The position numbers and the translations under genes are program-made. The notes under the pieces are model-generated. The model was not told the origin of the DNA and did no database searches. It saw only the letters and a list, made by a program, of their open reading frames with translations. Below are positions 12,141 through 23,948 of a stretch of 64,000 nt of DNA, one piece after another. The stretch is from NCBI GenBank assembly GCA_028534125.1, contig CM052816.1, forward strand, positions 91,018,001 to 91,082,000, given 5' to 3'. This DNA comes from Lama glama. Taxonomy: Eukaryota. Position 1 is the stretch's first letter; every line of letters starts with the position of its first letter.

Positions 12141-12871
12141 GCGAATCAAAACTGACATGGTGCCCTGGGGCCAGGGGAGGGGAGGCAGAAATTAGTGTCA
12201 TCCCTAAAGAACAAGAGGATGCAGGGTGAGGCCCCCATCATGTTGCCTTTTAATGCACAAGTCTGGACCCTGCAAAAACCAGACACATCCAGTGACTACG
12301 GCCAAGTCAACCAAGCATAGTCCCAGTTGCCGCTGCCGTGCCAGGTGTGGGCTCATTGCCAGGTCAGAACAGCTTGGCCTCAATGCATGTTCTGTGGTTC
12401 TGCATTCATTCTTCCTTGGAATCCTGCTTTTTGCACTAATTTCAAGTGAACACAAATCAGAATGTGTAACTATATGTCTGAAGAGGCACAGGATATTTAG
12501 GAAAGAATTTATTTTTTTCAAAGAGAGTTATATAATTAAAGCTTTATAAGTGAGATTATAATAATGAATTATCCATTTGATTCTTATTTGGCAAACTCAG
12601 TAATTCAGAGCATGGCCAAAAATCTGTGAGGAAGCAAATCTTGGCTTGGTAACAGTGACTAATAATTGTGAATCACCCGGGCTCACTCTGGTCTCTTTGT
12701 TTTAACCTCCTCCTTCGAGCTGGGTCTAGTTGCATGATTTTCCCACATGCTGTCCCCTCCACCCGGCATGCTCCTGCCTCCAGAACGTCACATGACCAGC
12801 TGTCTTACTTCATTTATGTCTCCGCTCAAAATTCCTTCGCTGACCACCCTGTCCAGTAAAGCCCCCTCTCC

Positions 12872-13056
12872 TTTTTTACAATTTAACTTTATTTTTTATT
12901 GAAGTGTAGTTGATTTGCAATGTTAGTTTCAGGTGTATAGCAAAGCAATCCAGTTATACACATGCATATATATATTTCAGATTCTTTTCCATTACATGTT
13001 ATTACAAGAAATTGAATATAGTTCCCTGTGCTACACAGTAGGTCCTTGTTGTTTAT
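12872..13056 (-). mobile_element. L1 3' UTR fragment
   Basis: Reverse complement of the same L1 3' end seen elsewhere; approximate TSD AAAGCCCYCTCT on both flanks. Confidence 0.85.
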
Positions 13057-13179
13057 CAAAGCCCTCTCTTCTAAATTAATTCTCTTTACCCTGCTGTGAT
13101 TTTCTTCATTGCACTTAGCACATGTTGGATTGTTACGCTGATAATCCATCCCTAATGAATTCCATGCTTCTCTGTTGTC

Positions 13180-13585
13180 CCCTCTCGTGACGACTTTAGA
13201 TTTAGCCACATGATTTGTCTTGGTTATGGGGACGTTAGAAAAGAATGGATCCAAGCAGAGGCCTGCTAAGTGCTTGCACATTGTGGGATTTGCCTTCATG
13301 GAACCCTAGCTGCCAAGCGATGAGCCTGAACTAGCCTGCTGGAGAGGTCACCCCAGGGACAACTGATGACATCAGCTGACAGCCCCAGCCAGCTGCCATC
13401 CAGCATTTGCCAGTTGGTGGCAAATGCCTATGTGAACCCAGCAACACCATAGCATGGGTCTGAGACATGCCACTCCCGCTGGGCTCTCCCTAACTGCCAA
13501 CCCATGGAATCGTGAGCAAATAAAAGTTGTTTTCAGACACCGAGTTTGGGGATGGTTTGTTATGCAGCAGTAAATTATACATATC
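13180..13585 (+). mobile_element. MLT1-class LTR fragment
   Basis: 'aatcgtgagcaaataaaagttgttttcagacaccgagtttggggatggtttgttatgcagca' is an MLT1 3' end. Confidence 0.7.
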
Positions 13586-13949
13586 ACTATTTGAAATTAT
13601 ATTTCTACCTGAATATTTGCTCATTGCCTGCCAACCCTGCTAAAATTTAAGCTCTGTGAGAATAGGAACTTCACCTTGGATACATCATGGCCCACTGAGG
13701 CACCCAGAAGACATTTGTTGTTGAATAAATGAACAGTCTCTCATGAGTCTCAAATGGTCCTGCGGCTTCCACCAAAGTCTCTAATTTGGCCCATTAGAAA
13801 GCTCTGTCCCCAAGGGTCTTTTGCAGCTGATCACTCAACTTGACCAACCGAAATTTAACATTTTCTTCATCCCAAATTGGTCCCCAACCTTTCTCCTATA
13901 TTCCATGTTTTAGTAATGGCACAAAAATATAACCAATCTTTGAAGGGGC

Positions 13950-14117
13950 TGTGACGATGATTAATTTTATGCATCAACTTGGCCAGACTGTGGCACCCAG
14001 TTGTTTGGTCAAACACCAGTCTGGATGCTGCTGTGTGGTTATTTTTCAGAGGTGATTCACATTTAAGTCAGTAGACTTTGAGTAGAACAGAGTACCCTCC
14101 ATAATTTGGGTGGGCCT
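13950..14117 (+). mobile_element. MLT2 (ERV-L) LTR 5' fragment
   Basis: 'tgtga.gatgattaattttatg.atcaactt...cccagttgtttggtcaaacaccagtctggatg...cagtagactttgagta'. Confidence 0.8.
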
Positions 14118-14869
14118 TTGTAAATACCCCAAATTCTAGCTGCATTTGACTACTTGTGATCCCCAAACATGTCTGCTCACCTCATACTTCATGCTTTCGT
14201 GTATTTTGTTCCATCTGCCTGGAATGCCTACCCATGTGTCTTGAAAACTTCCTGACCTCCTCTTCAAGTCCTAGCTCAGAGGTACTCTTTGTTCTGAGGC
14301 TGTCCCTGGATGTTTGGTCCTAATTTTTAGACAAGGATAAAGATCTTTTCATAAATCTTGTCTCATTGTATTGACATTAATGTATGTGTCTGTACTTCTC
14401 AAAAGACAAGGGGCCCTTTGATGGCAGGGACTGTGTCTTATTCATAATTAGGTCCCTAATCCTAGTCTTTTGTTGAGCTCATAATAACCACTCAACACAC
14501 GATGAGTCCCTGTTTATGTGTTAGCTCTTCAAGGCAGAACCTTCATCTTTGTATCACTTTGGGTACATCTCATAGGATCTTGTACATAGCTGATGTTCGA
14601 TAGAAGACGACTAAATCTGAGAGACAAGCTACAGTTCTCTGGAGAAAATAGAAATACCTCATGTCCTGTTGCTATGACATTTCCGACATCGTCAGATTCC
14701 CATGCTGTGTTGTCACAATGATTTTAAGTCAAGCAAGACTTCTTGGAAAGGAGAAATCACCAAAGGTCACAGTCTTGAGCAAGAGGAAATAGAAGGGATC
14801 TGTGTTTAAAAAAAAATTATGAAAATTGTCTCTATTTCCTATTCTCTCATACAGTCTTCTAAAAAACAT

Positions 14870-16290
14870 TTTTTTTGGTTTTGAAATTTTTCAAACCCAC
14901 AGAAAAGCTGAAAGAACAATACAGTGAACACCCAGACACCCCCACGTAGATTCACCGACATCTTGCCACACCCATTTCCTCTCTCTCTGTATTTATATAT
15001 CTGTATATACACACACACTTCCTTTTGGCTGAAATCAGACGGCTGCCGTCCTGGCATTTCCCCTCCCTAGATGTTGCATCTTGCACCACTTAGAAGGAAG
15101 ATACTTTCTTTCACAAACATAACACCATTATCACACCTGAGAAAAGCACAACTAATTCAATAAAACTATCTAGTATACAGTCTGGACTCAAATTTCCCTA
15201 CTCTTCCCTCCAAATGTCCTTGGTAGCTATTTTTTTGACCCAGAATCCAATCAAGTCTCACACACTGACTTGGCTGTTTTATCTTTTTATTCTCCTCCAG
15301 CTCTTCCTCTGTTCTTGGTATCACTTCGACGATCCAAGCCAGTTGACCTGCAAAAGTCTTACATTCCAGATTCCTCTGACTGTTTTATCAGCCTGTGATT
15401 CAGATCAAATATTTCCCACAAGTTTTGTTGTGTCCCTCCCACAGCAGGAGATCCTGGGCTCCTAAGGTCAGATTGTCTCATCACGGGCAATACCGAGTAT
15501 GATGAGGTGCAGATAAGGTGGAGGCTGGCAGACCTCTCCTGTGCAAAGACACACTTTCACCTTTGTGGTTAAAAACAATCTCACCTTTGTTGAGATTGTG
15601 TATACACTCTCTTTTTTACTGAGTGGTTTGTATTACTGATTGATGATCATTGCCTGAATGGACTATTCCATTGAGAGTTAACTAAAGGGTGCTTTTCTAA
15701 ATCTATAGTCTACACGTATTTGCTTATCGTCTTTTGTAAAGCAGAGCATTTCCTCTCTCTCTTTTGAATCATTATGGAGTCATGATTGTTTATGTTCTGT
15801 TTTGTTTTGGGGTTTTTTTGGGGGGGGGTAATTAGGTTTACTTATTTGTTTTATTTTTAGAAGAGGTGCTGGGAATTGAACCCAGGACCTTGTGTATGTT
15901 AAGCATGTGCTCTACCACTTGAGCTATACCCTCCCCCAAGTCATGATTTTTTAAAAATTCAATGTTATCATCATTTGCCAGGATTATTCTTTTTCAGCTT
16001 CAAAGTTTCCCAGATTTGGTTGCTAGGATGCCTTCTCTGTCCTTTTTATATGAACTATTAAATTGCCTTTGAACATGTCTTTGCTTTCTGGTACGTAACA
16101 CGTTCCTAACTCAGACCTAGTACCAGCCAGCTCTCTTAGAGGCCCTGGGTCTCTTTGGTAGGAAAGTTAGAAACCAACACCCGGTCCCTAGGTGAGCTCA
16201 CTGCCTGGGGTATCATTGATTCAGGTTCTTTCTGTGGGCAGAGCTGGAATATCAGATCACATCCTCATACCTGCTGACGACTCCAACTCA
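14870..16290 (-). mobile_element. Old L1MC-type 3' region, interrupted by a SINE
   Basis: 'tttgaaatttttcaaacccacagaaaagctgaaagaacaatacagtgaacaccc' and 'ccagaatccaatcaag' are typical L1MC4/5 motifs. Confidence 0.6.
15788..15938 (-). mobile_element. tRNA-derived SINE (camelid Vic-1-like)
   Basis: Reverse complement GGGGAGGGTATAGCTCAAGTGGTAGAGCAC...GGTCCTGGGTTCAATTCCCAG has A/B boxes; TSD AGTCATGATT at 15778-15787 and 15939-15948. Confidence 0.88.
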
Positions 16291-17051
16291 GATCCTGCAC
16301 CACAACCCCTGATGGTCCGGGTTTGGGGATCTTCCATGAAGGCTGGGCTTCTCACCTGATGTGGCGGCCAAAGGACGCAGAGGAACCTATGCCAGTGTCC
16401 CAGGGTGGCCGGCTGCCAGGCTTCTTACAGTGGGCAAACTTTTATACAGAAAGGAGAGGACCTCTCACAAGGGAGGGCAATTATCCAAATGAACAATATC
16501 AAGACATCCACCTGGAATCCAATACTTCCCTACCTGTGGATTTTTTTTAACATAAAATCAGCTTTTGAAGATTTTCTCCTTAGGAATAAATTGAGGACAA
16601 AGTTGCTTTTATAGTTTTCTTCACAAAGATGACATGTTTCCAACTAAAAGCTGCTTGACCCATCACCCCTGGAGAAATGTTCCCTTGATTTCCCCTAAAC
16701 AGAGTTCTCAGTGGAGCGCTGTGGTTAAGCTTCCCCTGCGGGTGAGGCTGGTTTCTCTGACTCTGCACAGTGCAGAGGATTCTGCGAAATTCCATTAGTA
16801 CACAAACTTCGGTATCTGTTGCAACAAATTTTCCACATGGTAGATGTCTTCCCGTGACATTCTGGGCAGTGATTACAAAATGGCTGGGCACAGAACCCAG
16901 ATTCCCATGGACGTATTTCCCCCTGGGTCTCGAGTATAGTTATCTCAAGGAATTCCCACAGCAGTCTTGAGACTCAGACATTATTCCTGTTTTAAAAGGT
17001 GAGGAAACAAGGTCTCAGAGAGTCTCCGTTATAACACAAAGCCAGAGAGCT

Positions 17052-17168
17052 ACTATATTCTATTGACTTTAAGATGCCATGGATTTCAAGGTACATTTCA
17101 TTCCCAGGTATGTTAAAATGTTGGGGGAAAAAAAACCCATGTGTGTCTTAGGATCAACGAAACACAGT
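17052..17168 (-). mobile_element. MER104-like TcMar-Tc2 MITE
   Basis: Degenerate TIRs 'tatattctattgactttaagatg' and 'gtcttaggatcaacgaaacacag'. Confidence 0.55.
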
Positions 17169-17740
17169 GGTTAGTGCCTGGACACTGGAATCTACCATCA
17201 AATTCAGATCTTCATGGCTGTGAAAGCCATGCTCCCTGCACTTGAGGAAGGGTTGATGGAGAAGGAGCCGGCTGAGCAGCAGATAGGAGAGCCAGCGTTT
17301 GAGAAGACAGGAAAAGTTTTTACAGTGGGAGCAAAGGCATGTATGCGAGGGTCTGCTTGGAGTGTGGACTCCGTGAAGAGCTCATTAATCCGACTACAGC
17401 TGAGTGTTCAGATTAGGCAGCAGCTCATCTGCCTAAAAAGAAATAAAGGAAGAGGTGAACCAGGACTTTAAAAGGTGGCTTATGATGATTTCGGTTTGGC
17501 GGTTGTAGGTAACTGGGCATCGCTGGAAGCATCTCGGTGGGTGTTCCACGTAGAAAGCGGCGTTTTAGAGGCGTATACAGTGTGGATTAGAAGAGAAGGC
17601 AGTACAGGGTTACTGAGTCAGACACGCACTAACGGATGACACTTGGACAGGGAAGGTGGCCCTGAGACCAGAGAACAAATGGGCATGGGAGCATTTAAGG
17701 GGAAAGGTTCTCAGCCGTTGCTCACAGACTGGAGATGGGA

Positions 17741-17872
17741 GGGGAGTATATATAATTTATCATCCAAACCCGGACACCCTTGAGAAAGAAAGCGAAGTGC
17801 TATTAATAACCACGCCAGACAGCAGGCATAGAGCAGGCCTGTTGTGGGCAAATCTGCCATATGGTTACTCCA
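17741..17872. mobile_element. MER81-like hAT-Blackjack MITE
   Basis: 'atataatttatcatccaaacccggacac...gctattaataaccacgcc...atatggttactcc' matches the recalled MER81 consensus. Confidence 0.7.
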
Positions 17873-19752
17873 GGCAGGGAACAGGGAGGAGAGACTGGAA
17901 AGCAAACTTACTCCAGCGCTTCTTGCCTTGGGGGTCACTGTGGTTGACAGGGCCGTTGTAAACGCGACTTCTTGTTCTGGGAGGTTCTCTTTGTCATCTC
18001 CACCTGTCCTCCCCAACAGGGCTTCAGAGGAATCAGTCCTACACAGTACAGGTTAAGAAAGCAGCTTAATTTATAAAGACTGTCATCAGAGACAGGGCGC
18101 TCTCTGGAACCCACTGGGGTGGACATGCCTGGAGAAGGAGGCTTTACCCTCCAACTCTGCCCCCTCCCTTCCTCAGAGGGCAGGAGCAAGAACAACCTCA
18201 TCAGTGGGAGGGAAAATGGCCTGTAGGTACTTTGGACGCCAGCAGTTGGGAGAGTTTGGGAAATCCAGCTGCACTTGGGGAGTCTGAGGCCCACTGGGCA
18301 GCTGGAAGTGAAGGCCACTGAGCCTGTGGGACCCTGAGTTCAAACGCATCTTCTACCTGGAGAAAGGAGAAAGGCGTTCAGTCCCGGCCAGGCCCTTGTT
18401 CACCACCCAGAGGAGGCTCTCAGAGCCATTTTGGGGGGTACCTGGCTTAGGGCAGGGGTGGGGTAGGAATGAGAGCACAGGTGGGTAGAGAGAAGCCATC
18501 AGTTTTCAATGGATTGGACTACAAGCAAATGTGCTGTACAGGGAACTGTGTTAACTATGATCTCCAAATCCCTTTGATGGCTCACAAGGCACTTGAGTCT
18601 TATAAAGCTTAAGGGTCCTCATGAGCATGCCATTCATGCATGGGTCTAAGAGGACGCCTGTGACACAGCCTGACTGCATGTTCTTAGCAGGGCCTGGGGC
18701 CACCCTCCCAGCCTAAAAACTCACCAGGCTTTGTGCCTAATTTCTAATGAACTAAAATTAGTAACAGGTGACAAGCCAAATACAAACTTTAAAGGGGTGT
18801 CTGAGGGATGTAACTCTCGTGCTGATTTCGTTGCGTCCCACAATTCTAACTTTAGCTTAGAGAATACCCTTCGGGACTGAAGGCCTGATTCGGAGACCTG
18901 GATTTAGAGATGATCACATCACTGTCCTGCTTCGACGATGCAAGTCCAGCTGGAATTCCTGGGATCTCCGGAGACTGAAATTTTGAGTCTATCCCTTCCT
19001 TGGTATAAAACAAACGAATAAACAAACAGCAATAGAAGAGAAACTGATAAATTTCAGGAATTATCCGTTGCTTACAGAATTGTGTCTAAACTTGGCAAGT
19101 GATACTCAAAACTTCCCTCTGTCTGGTCTGTTTCTCCAAAAGCCTCATCCCATTCTCTGCTCCACGCAGTCAAAATGATCTGGCCAGTGCCTCTGAACTC
19201 AACTCGGCCTCGGCCTCTGCCGTGCTCTCGTACAGGCCCCTTCCTCCGCCTGGATCCGGCTCTGGTCCAGGAACCTTGCTGCTGTCTGAGCTGCAGACCC
19301 CAGTGCCCACCTGCCTACCTGGCATTTCCAAAGATGTCTTGAGCCTGCTCCTCCTCCTCTCCCTGGTCTTAGTGAATGTCAAGGAAAACGTCTCTTCCAG
19401 GGTCTCTGCCAGGCTCTGTGGAATCCATTACCCAGGGGCACTTTCTGAAACACAAACCAGGCCGCTTCACTCTCCTGCTGAAAGCCACCTTGGGCCCCAA
19501 AGCTCAGGCTCCTCAGGGGCACATTGGAGGAGGCAGGAGATTCCTGAGCCCGCCCGCCAGACTCTTAAAAGAGTTTATATGGAGACGGTACCGGGTTCAG
19601 TCACATAGTCCATCCCAGTGGTCTCATCCACACACAGCTCTTTCACGGCTGCGTCCTTCGGAACAGCTCCCACTGTGGGAACGGTGGGCGGAAGATACAT
19701 TCCAAGGACAGGGGAGGGGGCAGGGATCCTCTGATTGCCTGGTCCAGCCTGA

Positions 19753-19787
19753 AGGTCAATCTGAGGTCACGTCCTCTCGGTGACCTC
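19753..19787 (+). promoter_or_regulatory. DR5 nuclear-receptor element plus a third inverted half-site
   Basis: AGGTCA-ATCTG-AGGTCA at 19753-19769, then TGACCT at 19781-19786. Confidence 0.45.
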
Positions 19788-19893
19788 CCCTGACAAGACC
19801 AGAACGGTGGCTAATCCGCTGAGTGCGGTGTAGCTGCTAGCCCGGTGGGAAGGGGTTGGCAGTTGATGTCCTGAAATCATCCTTGCTGATGAC

Positions 19894-19896
<3 letters not shown>

Positions 19897-19974
<78 letters not shown>
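19897..19974. repeat. (TG)39 microsatellite
   Basis: Perfect dinucleotide run read directly. Confidence 0.98.
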
Positions 19975-19976
<2 letters not shown>

Positions 19977-22597
19977 GATGTGTGTGGCTGTGGGTAGGAT
20001 ATACTCTTGTTGTGGTGTGACCTCCGTTCTCTGAAACATCCTGAAGATTTAAAAAAGCTCTTTTATGTATTCTTACCAGTCTGATACCTAAACCTGTGGG
20101 TGGCTGACCACCACCTGGGTGCTCGTCTCTGGTAGGCCCCTCCCTTACAGGAGGCTTGGGAAACACAGACTATTCTGGTTCGGATATTCCAGTTCTTATA
20201 AGCACAACAGACAGTCAGCCCAAAACAGAAACAGCCAGTTCCTTCTGTGAGCTGGGCCTCGGGCACTGGCCATCATCTTCCTCTCCACGTCTTCTGTCAC
20301 TGCTGTTGTGGTGGGACGGTCCTATTTCTCTCTGCTTAGAGTGAACTCTCTAGGCAATCTTGGCTCAGTGACCAAAAAATTCGGAAAAGATAAGAACACA
20401 GACTAGAAGGTATAATAAGGTAGGAGGACGGAAGAGCTTTCACAATGATTATCTGCAGGACGAATACAATACAACGTGGACGGGTGCTTCTTCCCTTCAG
20501 GACCTCCTGGAGGAGTCTAACATGAGACACTTTAGGGAAAAAAATAGGCATTTCCCTCTCATTCTAAGGCTTAGCTTAGTGTCGCCTATGTGACCTCCTG
20601 GAGTAGGGCTTAATTATTCATTGTTTTTCTCTCCTATTACAAGCTTTCTAGCTACTTTCAGAAGAGAAAGGTGTGTGGCCTCTTTTAAGAGTCCCTCTGT
20701 GTATTTTGGCTTTCTTTGTCTGAGATTTTTCCAAACTGTCACTTAGATTCAGCGGGGGCAACTGTTTTCTCTTTTTGTCCTCTGACACATTTCTAGTTTT
20801 CTTGTGTTCCTCAGATCAGTATTTTCAAATCATCTAGCTCATTAGTGTTAAGCACTCTGTTCCCAAGATATGGAGATGCAAAGTTCAGAAGAGAATCTTA
20901 ACTGGTAAGATTATCCACGGGAGTTTTAAATGTGACATGTTGCTGAAAACCAGGGGACAAGGTTTCTCTTCAGCTTGCTTAGCATTATTTTCATATAGCC
21001 TTAGCACTGCATACATTATTCATGCACCACAGAGATAATTACAGAAAAATCGCCCAGTAGCTCCCATGTATGTGTCTAGGCCAGCGTCTACTCCTGTGAC
21101 ATTATTTGTCAGTAATTATTAGAGCTCAGAGGTGAAAAAGACCGACTAGAGCAATTAGTCAAGCTTTTTGTGCAAAACAGTCTTGTGTATCATTTTTTTC
21201 CCATAGTCACTTTGAGAGAGAGAGAAAGGAAGATTTCACAGAGCTGTGAGTGGGGAGCTTCGTCATTAAATGGAGATAATAAGTACTGTGAACCACACGT
21301 AGCAACTGAAATTCAGCTTTTCTGTGTCCTGGTTGTCAGCAGCTTTTGCTGTTTCAACAGATCCTGACAACAATAATCAGAACTGGGGGGAAGGAGGACC
21401 GTGCAGGATCTTGCGCATTTCTGGAAGCACAGCCATGCTGGTTTGGACAATGTGGTGGTCGGGGTCCTCATGGCCTCTGCCCTGCAACTCTTCCCTCCAG
21501 CTGTGGAGTCCAGTGACCAGTCTCAGAATATCACACCCCCTGGGCTGTATCCAGTGCTAAACAAAGGCCAGATTATGCAATAAAGCATCATTTATCTTTC
21601 AGAAGCTCCTGCACTGGGGCCAAGGTGGGAGAACACCTGGGGAGTGTTTCTTTTGTGGGAAAACTACCTGCATTTTTCCCACATGGTTTTTTCATTGCCT
21701 ACCTGGCCACTCTGGTGGGCTCTTATGATTCTCCTCAAAAACAAGTCAGACATGTGAGACTCTGCATTGCCTGCAGGTCAAACACCAAACTTCCTGCCAC
21801 TAGAGGATGAGTCGAGGCCTGGGTGATGTGCTGCAAATATACATAAGGAACCGTGCCCCTCCACCTGCAAGTCCACGACTTCACTCCCTTGTGGTCATCT
21901 TCCTCCTGACAGAAATGACTGCCTCCTCTTCCCAACCCCCTCTTAACTTCCCTCCTCCTTACAATTCGTGCAGATGCCATCTACTCCCCCAAACCCCTGA
22001 AAGCTGACTTCCTCACTCCGCCCCTAATTTTGTAGGATTTAAGTAAGGAAGCTTAGCTCTGAGTGACTGTTTCCGTCCCAGAAGTTTTCACAGCCACCAC
22101 TGGTCCCTCCCTGAACTGTGAGCATTCTGTGGGTGGAAGCCACACCCACAGAGCTTAGCAATGTGCGGGGCACACAGTAGGTGCTCAAGAAACCTTTGAG
22201 TGGAACAGGAATATCCTCTCTTGAGGTATAACACATGTAAAGTGCACACACCTGCAAGGTACAGATCAATGAATTTCTATGTATATGTTCCCCAAGATAT
22301 AAGCATATATAAGGACCACCCAGCTGAACATTAGAGAACATTGTCCAGAGGCTCCCTGGAAGTAACTGGCTTTAATTGCTCTGGGAATGAGCCCCATCCA
22401 CCTAGTAAAAGGAGGTTGGTTGGCTCTAGTGAACTCCAAGAGGATACAAGATGCTCTGATTCATCACAGGTAGAAGGCTCTGGATAGGGGAAAGGACATT
22501 TCAGTCTAGGGAAAAAAAGGGGGGGGGGCATTTTATTCTAGAGAAAAGTAAGAATGGGGATTAAAGAATATAATGTTTAAAAAAATGCAAATAGTGA

Positions 22598-22655
22598 CCA
22601 GAAATTGACACAACACTGTAAGCTGACTATACTTCAGTAGAAAATATATATATAC
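22598..22655 (+). mobile_element. 58-bp extremely 5'-truncated L1 tail
   Basis: 'ccagaaattgacacaacactgtaagctgactatacttca' flanked by a perfect 19-bp TSD AAAAAAATGCAAATAGTGA (22579-22597, 22656-22674). Confidence 0.9.
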
Positions 22656-23631
22656 AAAAAAATGCAAATAGTGAAAAGTGAGCATAGCTTTGGCCCCTCT
22701 TCTCCCCCGACCCACCCCCTCACCCAGAAGCACCAGCGCCAGTGAAGCCGTGTGGCAGGTCCCAGGATTTCCCGTCATCCCACCTCACAGCGCCTGACCC
22801 TGTCCTGAAGCCCACTGTGACACGGAGACCACAGTGACTCTGAAGTGATTGCAGTCAAGGCTGGTCAAAGCTGCGTGACACCCAAGGGGGTCTGCTTCTC
22901 CGCTCCCCGCTCCCCTGCGCCTCCCACAGACCAGCGCGCACTTGGGGGCCAGACGCCTTGGCGAGCGGAAGCGCCTGCCCCCCTCGCTGCGGCCTGGCGT
23001 TTCCTGACGTGTAAAACGAGAGAGCCGGACGTTCCTGCATTGACCCCAAATGTTTTTGTCTTCCTTTCTCAGTCCAACCATTATATCGTCACGCTATTCC
23101 CCGAGCACTGAAGACCTCTGCTGTGGGTGTGCAGGCTGTCCCTGCAAGGGCCTGGGGCCTGGGGGGTGCCGCCGGGGGCTGAAACGCGCCGCCAGTAAGG
23201 GGCGCCCCGCCGCGCCCTTGCAGGCCGCAGGATGGGCGATCCGTGGCCCTGGCTCGAGAGGCGAGGATGTCCAAGTGCTTCTGCCCTTTTAGATGAGCGA
23301 CCGGGCCGGCGGGCGGCGGTCCTCTACTGCGCCGCCCCCCGCAGCTGTAAGGGGAAAGGGGGTCAGGCTCCCTCGGTCCCGGGCGAGGCCACCGCTCTCC
23401 GGCGCGGGGTAGGCCGCCCGCCCCGCCCCGCCCCGCCGGGCGCGAACCTGGCCGCACCCACTTCCCCCGGGAGGCGCCCCGCCGCGGCGGGGTGTGACGT
23501 CACAAGGCACCCGGCTGCCCGCGCCCCGCGCCGCGCGCCCCACGCCGGGACCCGCTGCCCTCTCGCCGCCGATACCCAGGCGCGCCCGCGCGCGTGCCCG
23601 CGCCCGTCCCCGCCCGCCAGCGCCGCTGAAG

Positions 23632-23948
23632 ATGGCGAGCCCGGCGCCCCCGGAGCACGCCGAGCAGGGATGCCCGGCTGCCGCAGCCGCGGAGCAGGCG
23701 CCGCCGCCGCCCGGGGCTCCCTCTGAGGAGCAGCCGGAGGAAGCGCAGGAGGAAGGCGCGGCGGCGGCGGCGGCGGCGGCGGGTGCAGGCCGGCAGGTGG
23801 ACGATGCCGCCGGCGGGGTGGCCGCCGCGGTGACCTGGCTGCTGGGGGAGCCCGTGCTGTGGCTGGGCTGCCGCGCCGACGAGCTCCTGAGCTGGAAGAG
23901 GCCGCTGCGCAGCCTGCTCGCCTTCGTCGGGGCCAACCTGCTGTTCTG
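23632..23948 (+). CDS. RETREG1: Reticulophagy regulator 1 (FAM134B), coding exon 1
   Basis: Strong Kozak gaag[20 protein letters not shown]...[39 protein letters not shown](W) matches the FAM134B N-terminus. Donor TG|GTGAGA, phase 2, 317 nt. Confidence 0.97.
23758..23781 (+). repeat. RETREG1: (GCG)8 coding trinucleotide repeat (poly-Ala)
   Basis: Eight uninterrupted in-frame GCG codons. Confidence 0.95.

Noticed and set aside
19767..20166. His-Thr repeat ORFs
   Set aside because: Translation of the (TG)39 microsatellite.
23192..23205. CTCF-like CCAGTAAGGGGCGC (also CCTGTAGGGGGAGC at ~10475)
   Set aside because: Mismatches at informative core positions; too weak without data.
23494..23631. 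In-frame 46-codon N-terminal extension of RETREG1 from a GTG
   Set aside because: The GTG lies inside the promoter CRE, probably upstream of the TSS. Absence of stops is expected in GC-rich DNA, and the ATG at 23632 matches the known N-terminus.
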